DNA from: Glaucostegus cemiculus
Taxonomy: Eukaryota
Length of the DNA stretch: 64,000 nucleotides
Assembly (NCBI GenBank): GCA_976551045.1
Contig: CDPCPM010000323.1
Location: 2,542,001-2,606,000, forward strand
Direction of reading: 5' to 3'
In this document: in pieces, positions 24,500-37,604 of the stretch
Layout of the letters: every line of letters begins with the position of its first letter
Position numbering within the stretch: position 1 is the stretch's first letter
The notes under the pieces: generated by a model
What the model saw: only the letters and a program-made list of their open reading frames with translations
The model's database searches: none
Told to the model about the DNA's origin: nothing
Program-made: the position numbers and the translations under genes

Positions 24500-25330
24500 T
24501 CTAAGTGTGGATTGATTAAAGAAAAGCAGCATTGATGTGTTAAAAGGCAAATTGTGTCTACTTAATGATAGTTTATTGTTGAAGTAACAGAGAAGGTTGA
24601 TGAAGGAAATATGGTGGGTGTGGTGCATATGCACTTCCAAAAGAGGATACATTTCTGAAAAGACTACAAGAACAGGAAGATCTGAGGGTATACACACAAG
24701 TTTGTTGAAAGTAGCAGGGCAGGTTGAGAAAGTGGTTAAAACAACATAGGGGATCCTAGGCTTTATTAAAAACAGTGCACGAACAAGAAAGGGGCAATGA
24801 CCAATGAGCAAGGAAGAGACAATGAACATTTTATAAAACACTGGTTCAGCCACAACTAGAGAACTGTGTTCATTCTGGGTGCCACACTTTGGAAAAGATG
24901 TGCGGGCTTTAGACAGGGTGCAGGAGAGATTTACCAGGACAATTTCAGGGTACGGAACTCCAGTTATGTGGATGGACTCGAGAAGCTGGGACCGGCGTCC
25001 TTGGAACAGAGGAGAATTGATAAGAGGTGTTTAAGATCACAAAGGGTATCAATAGAATAGTTTGGGAGAAACTGTTCCTATTAGTGGAGAGATCAAGAAC
25101 TAGGGAAAGAAGGTGATTGGCAAAAGAATCAAAAGTGACATGAGGAAGCGTGTTTTTACATGTCGAATACCAGGGATTCAAAAGGGAGATGGATAAGTAT
25201 CTGAAAGGGAAGCTTGCAAGGCTTTGAGGAGAGCTGGGAGAGTGGGACTAGTTGCACTGCTCTTACATAGAGCTGGTATGGTTTCAGTGGGTCAGATGGC
25301 CTCCTTCTGTGCTGTGACCTCTCTGTAATT
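24500..25330 (+). mobile_element. CR1 LINE 3' fragment
   Basis: ctggttcagccacaactagagaactgtgttcattctgg and tail agatggcctccttctgtgctgtg. Confidence 0.8.
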
Positions 25331-25424
25331 CTGTGCGCTACATGTCGTAAAACAATGTAAGAAATATTTACGTGAAAGCACATAGTTGCACAGTGTCAGT
25401 AACTGAGTTATCAAGTGTCTGCCT

Positions 25425-25805
25425 TGGCTCTTAGGTTGTGAGTTGAAATAGCACACCAGAAACTTGAGCAAAGAAATCTCAGCAGATGGTGCACTGCAGT
25501 CCCAGAGTTGCCGAATGTCAGATCAGTCGTTAGATTGAGGCCCTGTCTGCCTTCGCAAAGCAGTCAGGCGCCATGGCAACAGATCTCCCCAATGTCCAAC
25601 ATTTATCCTTCAACCCTCATCATCAACAAACAGATTATCTGGTCATTATCACATTCCTGTTTCTGCAGCAGCGTGTAAATTGGCTGCCATGTTTGTGACA
25701 TTACAGCTGTAATTACATTTATAAAGTACATTTTAATGTAATTTGTTTTGGGACATCGTAAAGTTGTGAGACTTTCTATTTTAAGACAAGTCTTTGCTTT
25801 CTTTT
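25425..25805 (+). mobile_element. Deu-domain SINE (SacSINE1-like)
   Basis: tttatccttcaacc...cagattatctggtcattatcacatt...aaattggctgcc. Confidence 0.7.
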
Positions 25806-26246
25806 TTGTCTGTGATGGTTGTACAAGGCAAGAAACTGGGACCATTGTGCTATACAGAATCGATAAGTATCTAATTTTAAAATTCTGGCAGGGTGTCTAT
25901 TCAAAGTTATAAATAAACACCCTATCATCAAGGCTGATGCATCTCACAGCTGTCTTGTAATTAGTTTCCTGACATGCAGGTCAGAGCAAAAAAAGCTAGC
26001 TCATTAAATAGGGCCAAACAGTGTCATTCTTATCTGAAAAAAATAGGTTTGGCTTTTGTTTTTGTTGGCATTTACATCAAAAGCCTCCAGACATATTGTT
26101 GATTCACGTAGGTGTGATGTCACCATGGTACAGAGCCATGGATCTCCTCCGTCCTCTGGTCCGGGATACATTTTTATGTTCAAGAGGGGCTTGGGATTGA
26201 CACAGAATGTGCAAAGTTTTGTCTGGCTGTGTATTATACCCCAGTG

Positions 26247-26345
26247 TAAATAACAAACTGCTGGAGGAACTCAGCGGGTCAGGCAGGACCTGTGGAGGGA
26301 AATGGACAAGTCAATGTTTCGAGTCAAGACCCTTCATCTAGACTG
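26247..26345 (-). mobile_element. Penelope pLTR fragment with decayed hammerhead
   Basis: Reverse complement reads cagtctagatgaagggtcttgactcgaaacattgact; decayed 14-bp TSD (26227-26240 / 26343-26356, 2 mismatches). Confidence 0.75.
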
Positions 26346-26700
26346 TGCATTGTACCTTCTGAAGTACAGTTCATTTGAAACTGGTGGAAATTTTCACAGT
26401 GGAGTAATATTTGTGGCCACCAGTGACCATCTCTACCAATAGTCCATGAAAGAAAGATCCACATTTTCTGTGGAGCGTAGCTGCAGGATGTACTCGGGAG
26501 AATAGTTCATGCTGTAGGACTCAGTTAATTAGAATGGACAAATTACAGCATTTGAGCTGTTATGTTGCACCATTCAGCGTAACTATGGCTGCAGACTGGA
26601 GAGGCAGTAGGACGTTGTTGATAGACCAGGGAAGAATTCAACCATTTCTATTTGTTTTTGGGGCAATGGTGCATGTTTGGGATCCCCCTTGCCTCTTTCC

Positions 26701-27003
26701 AGGACGGCACAGTAGCATAGTTGTTAGCACAATGCCTTACAGCATCAGCGACCCGGGTTCAAATCCGGCCACTGCCTGTAAGGAGTTTGTACGTTCTCCC
26801 TGTGTCTGCCTGGGTTTCCCCCGGGTGCTCTGGTTTCCTCCCACATTCCAAAGACGTGCATGTTAGGAAGCTATGGGCATGCTATGTTGGTGCCGGAAGC
26901 GTGACGACACTTGTGGGCTGCCCCCCAAAAAATCACAATGCAAAAAATGTATTTCACTGTGTGGTTCGATGTACATGTGACTAATAAAGATCTTATCTTA
27001 TCT
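26701..27003 (+). mobile_element. Young V-SINE, tail A
   Basis: Full head, V-domain and tail. Confidence 0.9.
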
Positions 27004-27396
27004 TCCTCAAGGAGGTAGCATTCCAGTTCCTGCTAGAATTTTATCCCTCTCTTCCCCTCTTCTAAAATGTCACTACCCATTTTGTACCAGTGTCTCATAC
27101 TTTCTTAGCCACCCAGCACAAGAAGGGTGGAGCAGCAATGTTATGGGAAGCACTGTTGCCTCCAACTTCCCCTCACCTTGAAACCCTGCACATTCATCAC
27201 TGAGTCAAGGTCTTGCTCAGTCCTACCAAAGTATTTTTTAAATTCACTTTTCAGGAGGCTCTCTGCAAATTTAGTGCTGCAGTTTCCCACACAGTTGGCC
27301 TTGCCTCTTCATTTGTGTCTGCTTTGATATCTCACCTCTTGCTTAATGTTCCATATTTTTTCTAAAATATGACCATAATGTTAAGTACTATTAATG

Positions 27397-27598
27397 AAAA
27401 AAACAAGGTACTGGAGGAACTCAGCAGGTCTGGCAGCATCCGTGGAGAAACACAGTCAATGTTTCAGGTCAGGACCCTTCTTCTGGATCGAAACCACTGA
27501 CTGCTTTTCTCCACGTATGCTGCCTGATTTGCTGAGTTCCTCCAGCATCTTGCTGTTTTTTTCATCTAGATTCCAGCATCCGCAGTCCTTTGTTTCTC
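27397..27598. mobile_element. Fold-back pLTR element
   Basis: Inverted arms ctggaggaactcagca / tgctgagttcctccag; TSD aag(t/a)actattaatg (27383-27396 / 27599-27612). Confidence 0.8.
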
Positions 27599-27927
27599 AA
27601 GAACTATTAATGTGTGTGGCTGAGAATGATTGCCTCTTGGATGTATGAGCATTATTTGTTCAGACTGGTCATAGTACTTTATTACTGGAGGGTGGTGAAT
27701 TCCATTGCAGTTCATTGTCAGTAAACAAACTGTACCTTGAAACACCCTGAGGCACTTTGTATAATTACCCATGTGTGTTTATGTATCAGAACTTCTCATT
27801 CCAAGCAGTGCCATAGTATTTTTTTGAAGGTTGTCAGGTGGTTACGGAGTGCGGTGGTTGTGATATTAGACAAGGAATCCAGATATCAAGTTAACAAATT
27901 GCACCCAATACCCCTGGTAATTTGCAG

Positions 27928-28175
27928 TAAAAATGGAAAATGCTGGAAGCAATCAGCAGGTCAGGCAGCATTTGTGGAAAGAGAAACAGTTAATGTCAGT
28001 GATTTTGTATCAGAACTGGGAAGGAAACAAAAAGACAGAGAAGGTGTTTGACATGAAAATTGACTGTTTCACCTGAAGCCCTCTTTTGCCTGTAACCTCT
28101 CTATAGATGCTGCCTGCCTTGCTGAGAAGCACTTTGTGACTTTATTTCAGAATTCCAGCATTTTGTTTTCATTCT
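27928..28175. mobile_element. Fold-back pLTR element
   Basis: Inverted arms; decayed TSD ctggt(aa/cg)tttgcag (27914-27927 / 28176-28189). Confidence 0.7.
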
Positions 28176-28339
28176 CTGGTCGTTTGCAGGCTGGCTTCAG
28201 GAAAGAAATGCTTTGGAAAGCTGCCAGCATTGTCATACATAGACCATCGGAAGTGTTTCACTATCACTGAGCATAACAACAGAGAGAGTGCCCCTTCAGC
28301 CTGCTTGCCACTAATTAAGGCAACGGTTGATCTTCAGAG

Positions 28340-28672
28340 GTGGGGCAGAGTGTTGCAGCTGCTAGAGCCCCTGCCTCACAGCACCGGAGACCTGGGTTTG
28401 ATCCTGACCTTGGGTGCTGTGTGGAGTTTGCGCATTCTCCCTGTGAGAGTTTCCTCCAAGTGCTCCAGTTTTCTCCATATCCCAAAGACATGGGAGTTGG
28501 TAGATTAATTGAAAACTGTAAATTAGCCCCAGAGTGTAGGTGAGTGGTAGGACCTGGAGGGTGTTGATGAGAGTAAAAAATGGGATTAATGTACAGCTAG
28601 TGTAATGTGGTGGCTGACAGCACAGTCTCGGTGGGCTGCAGTTCCCTTTCCTTGCTGTATCTCTCCATGACT
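28340..28672 (+). mobile_element. Older V-SINE
   Basis: ctgcctcacagcaccggagacctgggtttgatcc plus V-domain and CR1-type tail. Confidence 0.8.
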
Positions 28673-28679
28673 CCCAGCT

Positions 28680-28900
28680 CAATCACTATTTTCCTGCTAT
28701 ATCCCCATGCCCCTTGATTGCTCTAATATCCAAAAATCTGTTGATCTCTGTTTTAAATGAAATCAATCACCAAATCGCTACAGCCTTCCAGGGAAGAGAA
28801 TTCCAAAGGTTCGCCACCCTTGGAGTGAAGAGATCTTCCCTCATTTCAATCCTAAGTGGCCCAACCCATTTTTTTTTTGGAGACTGCGACCCCTAAATAT
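28680..28900 (-). mobile_element. CR1 3' fragment
   Basis: ggaagagaattccaaaggttcgccaccct is an antisense CR1 3' motif. Confidence 0.65.
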
Positions 28901-29267
28901 ATGAACATAAGAAATAGGAAGAGAAGTTCATGGAGAGGAGTCAACTCACCCTGATGGTCTCAGCCTAGGCTTGCCATCGACCCAGACTGTTAATGTCCTC
29001 TGAAAAGGATAGGTAACCACCTGGTTGTAAAAACATCATGGTAACGTGTGATCAGGGGTGAGCTGCAATTGTACCATTGCAACTGTAGCCAGATCTGGGA
29101 GCAGCTGTTGCGTTCATTAGGTTGATATTAGGGTTCTGTGCCACCCCTTGCACAGGAACAACTGAGTTTGGACTTCACTTGTTTCATGCACCAGGCTTCC
29201 TTGTTGTACAACAATATAAAGGCAAAGGTGAGAAGCCTGTCCAGTTGGCAGGCCAAAAAGAAAGACA

Positions 29268-29367
29268 TACGGGTAGGTTAATTTGGGGTTTAAAATGGGC
29301 GGCTTGGACTCGGTGGGCCAAAAGGGCCTGTTACCACGCTGTAAATAAAATTTTAAAAAAAATTTAA
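29268..29367 (+). mobile_element. V-SINE 3' part, tail B
   Basis: Closely matches 33274-33360. Confidence 0.8.
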
Positions 29368-29384
29368 AGCCCTAGCATTTTTTA

Positions 29385-29650
29385 ATATTCATTTTCAGCA
29401 TCCGGTCAGAAAGGCCTGCATTTATTGCCCACCCCTAATTGCTCTTAAGAAGGTGAGGGTTAGCTGGAGTCCTTTGGTTGAAGGTATTTCTCCAGTGCTG
29501 TTAGGTAGGGAGTTCCTAGATATGGAACCAGTGATGCAGAAGAACCAGCAATATATTTCCAATTCAGGAATCCTGGCTACTGCCCTTGTCCTTCTTGACA
29601 GTAAAGGTCAACAGTTCAGGAGGTGCTGTCAGAGTAGCCCGAAGTAGCAT
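29385..29650 (-). mobile_element. CR1-group LINE 3' end
   Basis: gcatttattgcccacccctaattgctctt. Confidence 0.65.
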
Positions 29651-29899
29651 AGTAGCAGAGAGGTCAAATTGATGAGATGAAAGATATGTCTGTTCTCATT
29701 CAGCTCACACCTGAGTCCAAGATTGTGCAACAGAGAAAAATGGAATCCTGTAGCACTGAAAGAAGCCATTGACCACGCTATGCCTATGCTAGCCTTCTGA
29801 TAGAGTCGTAGATATCTCAGTCCCCTGTTCTTTCCCTAAAGACCTCCCAGTTTTCTTCTATTTCATCCCTCTATCCAATTCCTTTTTCGTCATTTAAAA

Positions 29900-30160
29900 C
29901 CAAGGTGCATGGAATTTTTTTCTGGCAGAGGGTAGTGAATCTGTGGAATTCTGTAGCCAGGTAAGTTGTGGAGGCTGGATCATTGGAAGTATTTAAAGTG
30001 GAGGTGGATACATTATTGAAAGATCGGGGCTGAGGACTATGGGGAATTGGCACAGAGAAGGGACTGAGGCCTGGGGTTGATCAGCCATGATCATTTTGAA
30101 TGGCAAGGCAGGCTTGAGGGGCCGAGTGGCCTAGTGATCTATACTCATGCATTCTTTGAG
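29900..30160 (+). mobile_element. CR1 3' end
   Basis: cagagggtagtgaatctgtggaattct...gaggggccgagtggcct. Confidence 0.8.
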
Positions 30161-31052
30161 TCTGTATCCATCCACTGTTGACGTGTATTCCACATTGTCA
30201 CAAGAAAGTAAAGAGATTTTACTGAGGTAAATGACACAGCCTCAGTCAGGCTTTGAAATTGTGAGATGTCAAATTTTATTTTTAAATCTAACTTGCTGGC
30301 ATCCATTTTTTCTGGTTACGTCCTGTAAGGCTTCAGGACATTTTACCACGTTATAAACTCTGCAGAAGTGCTGGTTAATGCAACGGTGTAAATGCAGCAA
30401 CAAAAGTAAGATACAAAATCAGATGGGTCAAAGAAGGTTACAGGCAAAAGTTTGTACACAAGTGATACAATCTAAGGTCTCAATTAAGGGCTGGTTGAAT
30501 TCATTCCTGCTCAGTCTATGTTTAATTTAGCCTCAGTAGGTCCAATCTTGCAGCCACGAGCCACAGAAGCTACTCTTGCATTCCAAGGTCTTCTATTTTT
30601 GCTTCTTAAATGTAGCTTTATCTTTTGATTTGTAGTTTCTATTATATACAATTTCAGCCCTTTCTGTGCCAATCCAAACCAGCAGAAGATGTATTGTTTG
30701 TGATTCTTAGCACCAACCATCTTATTTTGGTGAGAGGCTGAAATTAAGGTCAGGCTGAAGATTTTCTTCAGTCCTGCTGAAGGTGGGTGCTGGAGTACTG
30801 GCATGTGACCAGCAGAACAAGAGACAAAAGAGTTACATGGGATTGATAATTACACAGTGCCTTCTAACACTGCAACATGTGTTTAAGTCTTTCAGTTGTG
30901 CCTGGTTGAACAATTGTGCTCGTAACCTGCAATATTAGTGAGAGTGTCTGTGAGTGTATTTGTGCATGTGCACACACATCTATGTGTCAGTGTGTATGCG
31001 TATGACTGGTGAAACATTTTTGCTAATAGTCATAATTGTAATACTTGAATGA

Positions 31053-31080
31053 GTGTGTGTGTGTGTGTGTGTGTGTGTGT
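31053..31080. repeat. (GT)14 microsatellite
   Basis: Seen directly in the sequence. Confidence 0.95.
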
Positions 31081-31824
31081 ATTAAATGTGGGGAAAATTG
31101 CTGAGATATATGAAATAACAAATCAAAATGTAGCATTTGAAGATTTTTTTTAAACTAGGTTCTTTTAAAAGTTGCTTTATGAAGATTTTCAATATCCTAA
31201 AGGAATTTACAATCCTCCAGATGCACCCAGGATGATAAGGAAAAAACTGTCAGAAAATATGGAGCAGCTGAGCAATGAAATGTAATAACCAGCCTCCACA
31301 CTAGCAATATAAACTGGCGCGGATGTTGTGAAAAATCCCCATTTTACTTAATGCCATTCAACCAGCAGGCATCTGTGTATAATGCATGCACAACAGTATT
31401 TCCCAATGCTGGAAACAACCCTTATGCAAGCCAGAATTCATAGTCTCACAGCGATCATCACCCATTAGTTCAGGACACTCCCTAAATCCGGCTGTACGTC
31501 TGGGTGAGATAGTTATAATTCGGGAGAGTAATTATTGTCTTCTTGTTAATATTAGTCAGGTTGCATAACATTGAATGACAGCTGTGATGAGGTAGTGGGT
31601 GAAAATTATCCGGCTGTAATGTTATTGCAATAACTTCCCAAGAAAGATCAGCATAAATCACTTGCCCTTCACCAAAGCCTCCAACGCCATTTGGAAACAC
31701 TGCTTGAAGTGTGTCTGTGACCTCTGAAAAACCCGACGTACAAGTGCTCACACTGCTGTCAGGGTCAGCCTCGCGCTGAGAAGTCTTGCCTCAGGACCTT
31801 TGTGGGCAGTCTCTGCAGAGATAT

Positions 31825-31965
31825 AAAATACACACGGAAAATGGTGGGTAAGCTCAGCAGGTCAGGCAGCATCTGTGGAAAGAAAAAGAATCCATGTTTT
31901 GGGTCTGTGACACTTCGTCAGAACTGGAAAAGAGAGATGCAAGTTAGTTTTAGCAGGAGAGAAGG
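31825..31965 (-). mobile_element. Penelope pLTR fragment
   Basis: ctcagcaggtcaggcagcatctgtggaaag...cttcgtcagaactgg. Confidence 0.7.
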
Positions 31966-32444
31966 TAGAAGAATGAGGTACAATTACTGCTTATAAGAGG
32001 TGTTGTGGTAGACTCTTAAATAGGCAAGGCATTGAAGAATGTGGTCCTAATGTGGGCAAATGGGATTTGTGTTGATGGGCAAAAATGTCAGTGTGGATAG
32101 GGTGGGTCAAAGGGCCTCTTACTGTGCTGTATGACTCTACAAGAGTCCTTTGCACAAGAAAGCCGCTTACACCAACTTCAGAAGTTTCTGCAGGTTCCCT
32201 GCCCCCCTGGGAGATCTCACCCGTCCTCTCCCATCATTGGGGCGTGCTGTGCACTCATTCCTTGCCAACACTCCCCATTAGCTGAAAGAGTGCTGGTTGT
32301 AGTATGTGATGCTTTCCAGGATCTGAGCTGTGGGAAAAGATGGGGAACGTTTTCCATTGCCAGGTTCTGTTCTTTTGTCAGATCTCTTTCTAATCAGATG
32401 TGGGATTTCTCTTGCCATTTAAGTTACGTAATGAAGCCAAAATC

Positions 32445-32742
32445 AAAAGCAAATTCTGCAGATACTGAAAATCTGAAATAAAACAGCAAGTACTGTAAAT
32501 ACTCAGCAGGTCGGGCAGCATCTCTGGAAACAGAGGCAACATTTTTGTTTGAGGTCAGAGACCCTTCTCTTTGACCTGAAAGGTTAACTCCATTTCTCTT
32601 TCCACAGATGCTGTATAACCTAATGAAACCAGACAGTTTGTAGTGAATGGAAACTGCAGCATCTGAGGAAATAGGTCAGGCAGCATCTGAGGAAATAGAA
32701 ACAGAGTTAATGCTTCAGGTCCCGGACCCTTCATCAGGACAG
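32445..32742. mobile_element. Cluster of rearranged pLTR copies
   Basis: Fold-back unit plus a duplicated gcagcatctgaggaaatag; antisense CTGATGAagggtccgggacctGAAG at ~32710-32737. Confidence 0.7.
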
Positions 32743-32949
32743 TGACCTTCTTCAAGGTTGACAGTCCTGAAAGAGAAGTGATGGTGAATTCAATACTAAG
32801 TGATTTCCAGTTTATGTGAGGTTTGTTGGCCAAGGGTTGAACAGCAGGAGAGATGTGTCCATCCCTTTAAATAACCCTTAATTTAGACTTTGACGTTATT
32901 AAAAGCTGGTTCTCCTGGGAGTGAATAGCATAAAATAATGATCAAAATG

Positions 32950-33420
32950 TTGTTGATGCTGGAATAAAAGAAAATGCAAAAAATATTCATCAGGAGCAGG
33001 CAGTGTCTGTGGAAAATGAAGCAGGTACTGTTTCAGGTCAGTGACTTTTCATCAGAACTGGGAAGGAGAGAAAACAAGTTTGTTTTAAGTTGCAGAGATG
33101 GTGGGGGACAGATGGATTGGACAAAGGGGATAGCGTAGTGATTAGCACGAGGCTGTCAGCGCCAGCGATCGGGGTTCGATTCCCATCACTGTCTGTAAGG
33201 AGTTTGTACGTTCTCCCGTGTCTGCGTGGGTTTCCGCCGGGTGCTCCGGTTTCCTCCCACATTCTGAAAGACGTACGGGTAGGTTAATTTGGGGGGTGAA
33301 AATGGGCGGCGTGGACTCGGAGGGCCAAAAGGGCCTGTTACCACGCTGTAAAATAAAATATAAAAATAATAATATAAAATATCTATGATAGGGTGAGGCC
33401 AAGATTGTCCTGGTGATAAG
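32950..33420 (-). mobile_element. Penelope pLTR/3' fragment interrupted by a V-SINE
   Basis: ggacaaaggg [SINE] atatctatgatagggtgaggcc, compared with the uninterrupted copy at 36940-36970. Confidence 0.65.
33131..33380 (+). mobile_element. Young V-SINE, tail B
   Basis: V-domain followed by gggccaaaagggcctgttaccacgctgta and an A-rich end. Confidence 0.88.
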
Positions 33421-34194
33421 CTGCTGAAGAAGTCTCCTGGGTGTTGGGTTAATGAGGGTATAAGGAGAAAGAAAACAGACAAAGGGGCATGAAAGTGCTG
33501 TGCAGTGCAGTTCACAGCTGTAGGAATTTCCCAGCAGATCAAGTGGTGTAAATGGAGAGAGAAGAAGTGAGTTAATATTACAGATGGACAGCCTACAGCA
33601 GAACATGCCAGTTCTGATATAGTGAAAGTGAGTTACCTGATTCAGATCATTGTGGTTGGAAATTTCACTGGAGTCAAACTCTCAGCATTATAGTATCGTT
33701 TGGAGATCTAGATACCAGAAGGATAGCGCTAGGGTACACAAAAGAATTTTGCACAAAAAGACGCTATGATATTAACAACCAGTGTTAACTCTCTCAAAAC
33801 ATAAGCACTGGATAACTTGATTTTCAACTGTTTGATGCCAATTTTTCTGGCATTATGCAGCTGAGTTTGAAATTTTGATTCCCTTTGACAGGCTCACGTG
33901 ACACATTTTCCACATTTGCCCGCAGGAGATTTTCACAGGGCTATTTATACCAATTGATGACACACACAGGGAGAAGTGCTGCACTGCAATACTGAACAGA
34001 CCAGAGGTGTGAAGTAGAATCAGGGATAGGAAATAGGTGCCTGCGCTTCTGGGTTTGAATTGTCGAATCGAGTATGTAGCCTTCTGACTCAAGGCTGGAG
34101 AAGACCCACTTTGGGGTTGATGGTGGAACCTTAGTTGGTCTAGGGGAGCTGTTCACAGTTACGGTCTCTGAATTAGAAAACAGATGTGGAAACT

Positions 34195-34472
34195 TAAGAT
34201 AAGATACCTTTATTAGTCACATGTACATCGAAACACACAGTGAAATGCATCTTTTTGCATAGAGTGTTCTGGGGGCAGCCCACAAGTGTCACCATGCTTC
34301 TGGCGCCAACAACTTCCTAACCCGTACGCCTTTGGAATGTGGGAGGAAACTGGAGCACCCCTATACAGACATGGGGAGAATGTACAACTCCTTACAGACA
34401 GCAGCAGGAATTGAACCCGGGTTGCTGGCACCGTAATAGCATTACACTAACTGCTACCCTACCGTGCCTGCC
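34195..34472 (-). mobile_element. Young V-SINE, tail A
   Basis: Antisense, near full length. Confidence 0.9.
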
Positions 34473-34789
34473 CATTGAAGAACATGCAGGAAAATATGTG
34501 CATGTGTGGTATCAGAGCCATAAGTTTATAACTATCAGAGTCAATGCTGTTTTGTCTAGAACAGAAAAGCCTGAGGGGTAGCCTGATGGAGGACTGTAAG
34601 GTGCATGAAAGGACTGGCATTGTGGAATAATTCCACTTGTGGAGTAGTCTAAAATTAATAGCAGGTTGCACAAATATCATTCTAGGCCTGGTAAACAACT
34701 CCAAGATGTTTTATCAATGCAAGTCAGCAGTAAATCCAAAAACTGTTTCCTAAAGTGTGGTGAAAATGTGGAACTTGCTATCCCATGGA

Positions 34790-35270
34790 ATAGTGTCATT
34801 GAGTTGTACAGTACAGAAACGGGCCCAGATACCTCCTATCACCAAGTCAATTTTGGATCCAATTAGCCAGCTCACCTTGGATTCCATGTGCCTTAACCTA
34901 CTGGAAGAGCCAACCATGAAGGACCTTGTCAAAAGCCTTACTAAAATCCACATAGACAACATCTACTCCACTGCTAATCTCCTTCATTACTTCCTCAAAA
35001 ACTCAAATTAGTGACACTGTATTTCCCCTCCACAAAGCCTTGCTGACTTAGCCCTATTTGGTCCCTGCCTCTCCAAATGCACATAAATCCAGTCCTTTTC
35101 TCCAAGAATTTCCCTACCACTGCCATTACCTGGCTTTTCCTTCATGCCTTTCATAAATAAAGGAACAACATGAGCTGTCCTCCGGTCTTCTGGCACCTTG
35201 CCTGTGGCTAACAAAGATGTAAAAATCTCCATCAGGACCCCAGCAACTTCCTCCCGTGTTTCCCTTGAAA
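34790..35270 (-). mobile_element. CR1 fragments
   Basis: Minus-strand ORF remnants ETREEVAGVLMEIF...VPEDRRTAHVVPLF and VYVDFSKAFDKV-like sequence. Confidence 0.8.
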
Positions 35271-35342
35271 AGTTAGAACAAATATCATTGATGTATTTGA
35301 AGAGAGTGTGAATAAACAAAAGATTAAAAAACAGGACACCCT

Positions 35343-36063
35343 GAGACTACTTCCTGCGGAGACTGAGGAAAGCGTACCCCCATCCCTCCGTCATGAAAAC
35401 CTTCTATAGGGGGACCATCGAGAGCATCCTAACACAATGTGTCACTGTTTGGTTTGGAAGCTGCTCAGCTGCTGGGCGGAAGTCCCTCCAGAAGATAGTT
35501 AGGGCTGCAGAGTGAATCATAGGTGTCTCGCTTCCATCCCTCGCAGACATATACAAAGACCGTTGTGTGAGGAAGACTGAAAGCATAATGGCCGACCCTT
35601 CTCACCCCTCCCACCACCTCTTCACAATTTTGCCATCAGGGAGGAGGCTTAAATGTATCAGGGCAAGAACGACCAGGCTGAACAATAGCTTCTTTCCGCA
35701 AGCCATCAGAACTGCAAACTCTCTCATCCCTCCATCTTCCTTTGTTAACACTAAGAGATGCTAGGTGCACAGAAATGCACCAGCACTTTAAATGCCCGAC
35801 ACCAGCCCGTTCACTTTAATAACTATTTATTTATTTACCGGCCATTTTTAATTTAATCTGCGTACTTTAATTTAATTTTAACTTCCATAGCTTTTAATGT
35901 CTAATGTTTTGTAACGTTTATTCTGTCAAGTGTGTATGTGTGTCTCTGTTGGTTGTTATGTTATTTTATGGGACGAGCTCCTGAGGAGGACGGTATCTCG
36001 CTCCTATGCATACTATGTATGTATATGGTTGTGACAATAAAACTGATTCTGATTCTGATTCTG
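35343..36063 (+). mobile_element. Rex1/Babar-clade LINE 3' fragment (young)
   Basis: YFLRRLRK...FYRGTIESILT translation and (ctgatt)n tail; near-identical reverse complement of 22264-22930. Confidence 0.9.
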
Positions 36064-36228
36064 AAAGTACAGTTGAAGAGAGGTGAGGGGAAGGAAACAA
36101 GGGCATGGCAGAGTGGTGTTGAATGGTCTGTTGGTGTATTGTAAATTTTACATAACATGTAATTCCCTCAAATCATATAAAATGCTAGAAATGTTTTAAA
36201 AGTTCTGAACAACTTTTGTCCATTCTGA

Positions 36229-36613
36229 GAGTGCTGCAAGAGACTGCAGATGTTGGAATCTGGACCAACAAACAACCTGTTGGAGGAACTCATTGGGTTG
36301 AGCAGCATCTGTAGGAGGAAAGGAATTGTCGATGTTTCAGGTGGAAACCTTGGATCTGTCTTGATACACCTCCATCCCCCATCAAGAAGCTCTTAAAGCC
36401 CCCTACTTCTTTCTGCAACAATGATCCAAACAGTTCCCCTCCACTAACATTCTCGTCCACCTGACTGAACTTGTTCTTTCCCTGAACAACTTCTCTTTTG
36501 ACTCCTCTGACAGTACTGATGCAGGGTTTCGATCTGAAACGTTGACAATTCCTTTCCTCCCACAGATGTTGCTCAAACTATTGAGTTCCTCCAGCAGATT
36601 GTTTGTTATTTAA
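36229..36613. mobile_element. Fold-back pLTR element enclosing a Penelope RT fragment
   Basis: Internal 36365-36508 translates YTSIPHQEALKAPYFFLQQ*SKQFPSTNILVHLTELVLSLNNFSFDSS; TSD tccattctga (36219-36228 / 36614-36623). Confidence 0.85.
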
Positions 36614-36799
36614 TCCATTCTGAAGTTGTTAACGATACTAGTCATCAGCATCTGGCTTTTTTTGGCGCTGTTTATATTGGTGGTGCTTGTGGTGACTTGT
36701 TTGTTGGTACGGCTGTTCAGTCAGGCCTCTGTGACATCTCAAGAATGGAAACATTAAGTGCTGCTGTTTCTGCACATGGCAGGGACTATTGACTATGAG

Positions 36800-36975
36800 G
36801 TAAACACAGAATATGCTGGAAACACTCAGCAGCATCTGTGGAAAGAGAAACAGAATCAAAGCCCTTTATCAGAACTAAGAAGGAAAGAAAATAAGCGAGT
36901 TTAAATTGCATAGAGTGGGGGTGGGGTGATAATGGATGGAACAAAGGGATTACCTCTGATACAGTGAGGCCAGGG
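36800..36975 (-). mobile_element. Penelope pLTR/3' fragment
   Basis: gctggaaacactcagcagcatctgtggaaagagaaacag. Confidence 0.7.
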
Positions 36976-37604
36976 TTGCTCAGGTGATCCCAATGTTTAC
37001 AGAGCTGCCTGATTAATCCATTTAATGAGGATAATTACTTAAACTCTCTGGGTCCATGAAGAATATGAATAAAGAGATTATACCATTGGAACTAATGGAT
37101 TATGTTTCCTCATAAGTAAAGAGGTTTGAATTATCTGCACTGCGAGACTTTGCTATGTCAGTGGATTGTAAAGTCATTAACAGCATCAAGATATAAAAGT
37201 GAAAAACAATTATTTTGTCTCTTGAGACAGCTTTATTTCTTTCCTATTTTCAAATGATGGCTATTCTCTTGTTTTTCAACACAAGTAACTGAAGTGAATG
37301 GATCAGGCAGCAGTGTCTGGTCTTGTTCTCCCCCCAACTGCTGCCTCACGTCTTTCTGGTTTCTCACTCACCTCCCATTGATCTCCCTTTAATGGACAAC
37401 ATACCCCCTTTTTAATTCTCAGGCCTAAAACAATTAAAGTATCTTAAGTAAGTCTAATGGACTAACTAATGGTCACTGGTGTACATAAGTGCAAGCTAGC
37501 CGAGCCTTTTCCAGAATACATTCAATGTTCTCTCATTTATTTTCATCATTGATACTTCTGCTTATGGCTGTGATTCGCTTTTGCCTAGGCATCTCAGGCA
37601 AGGG

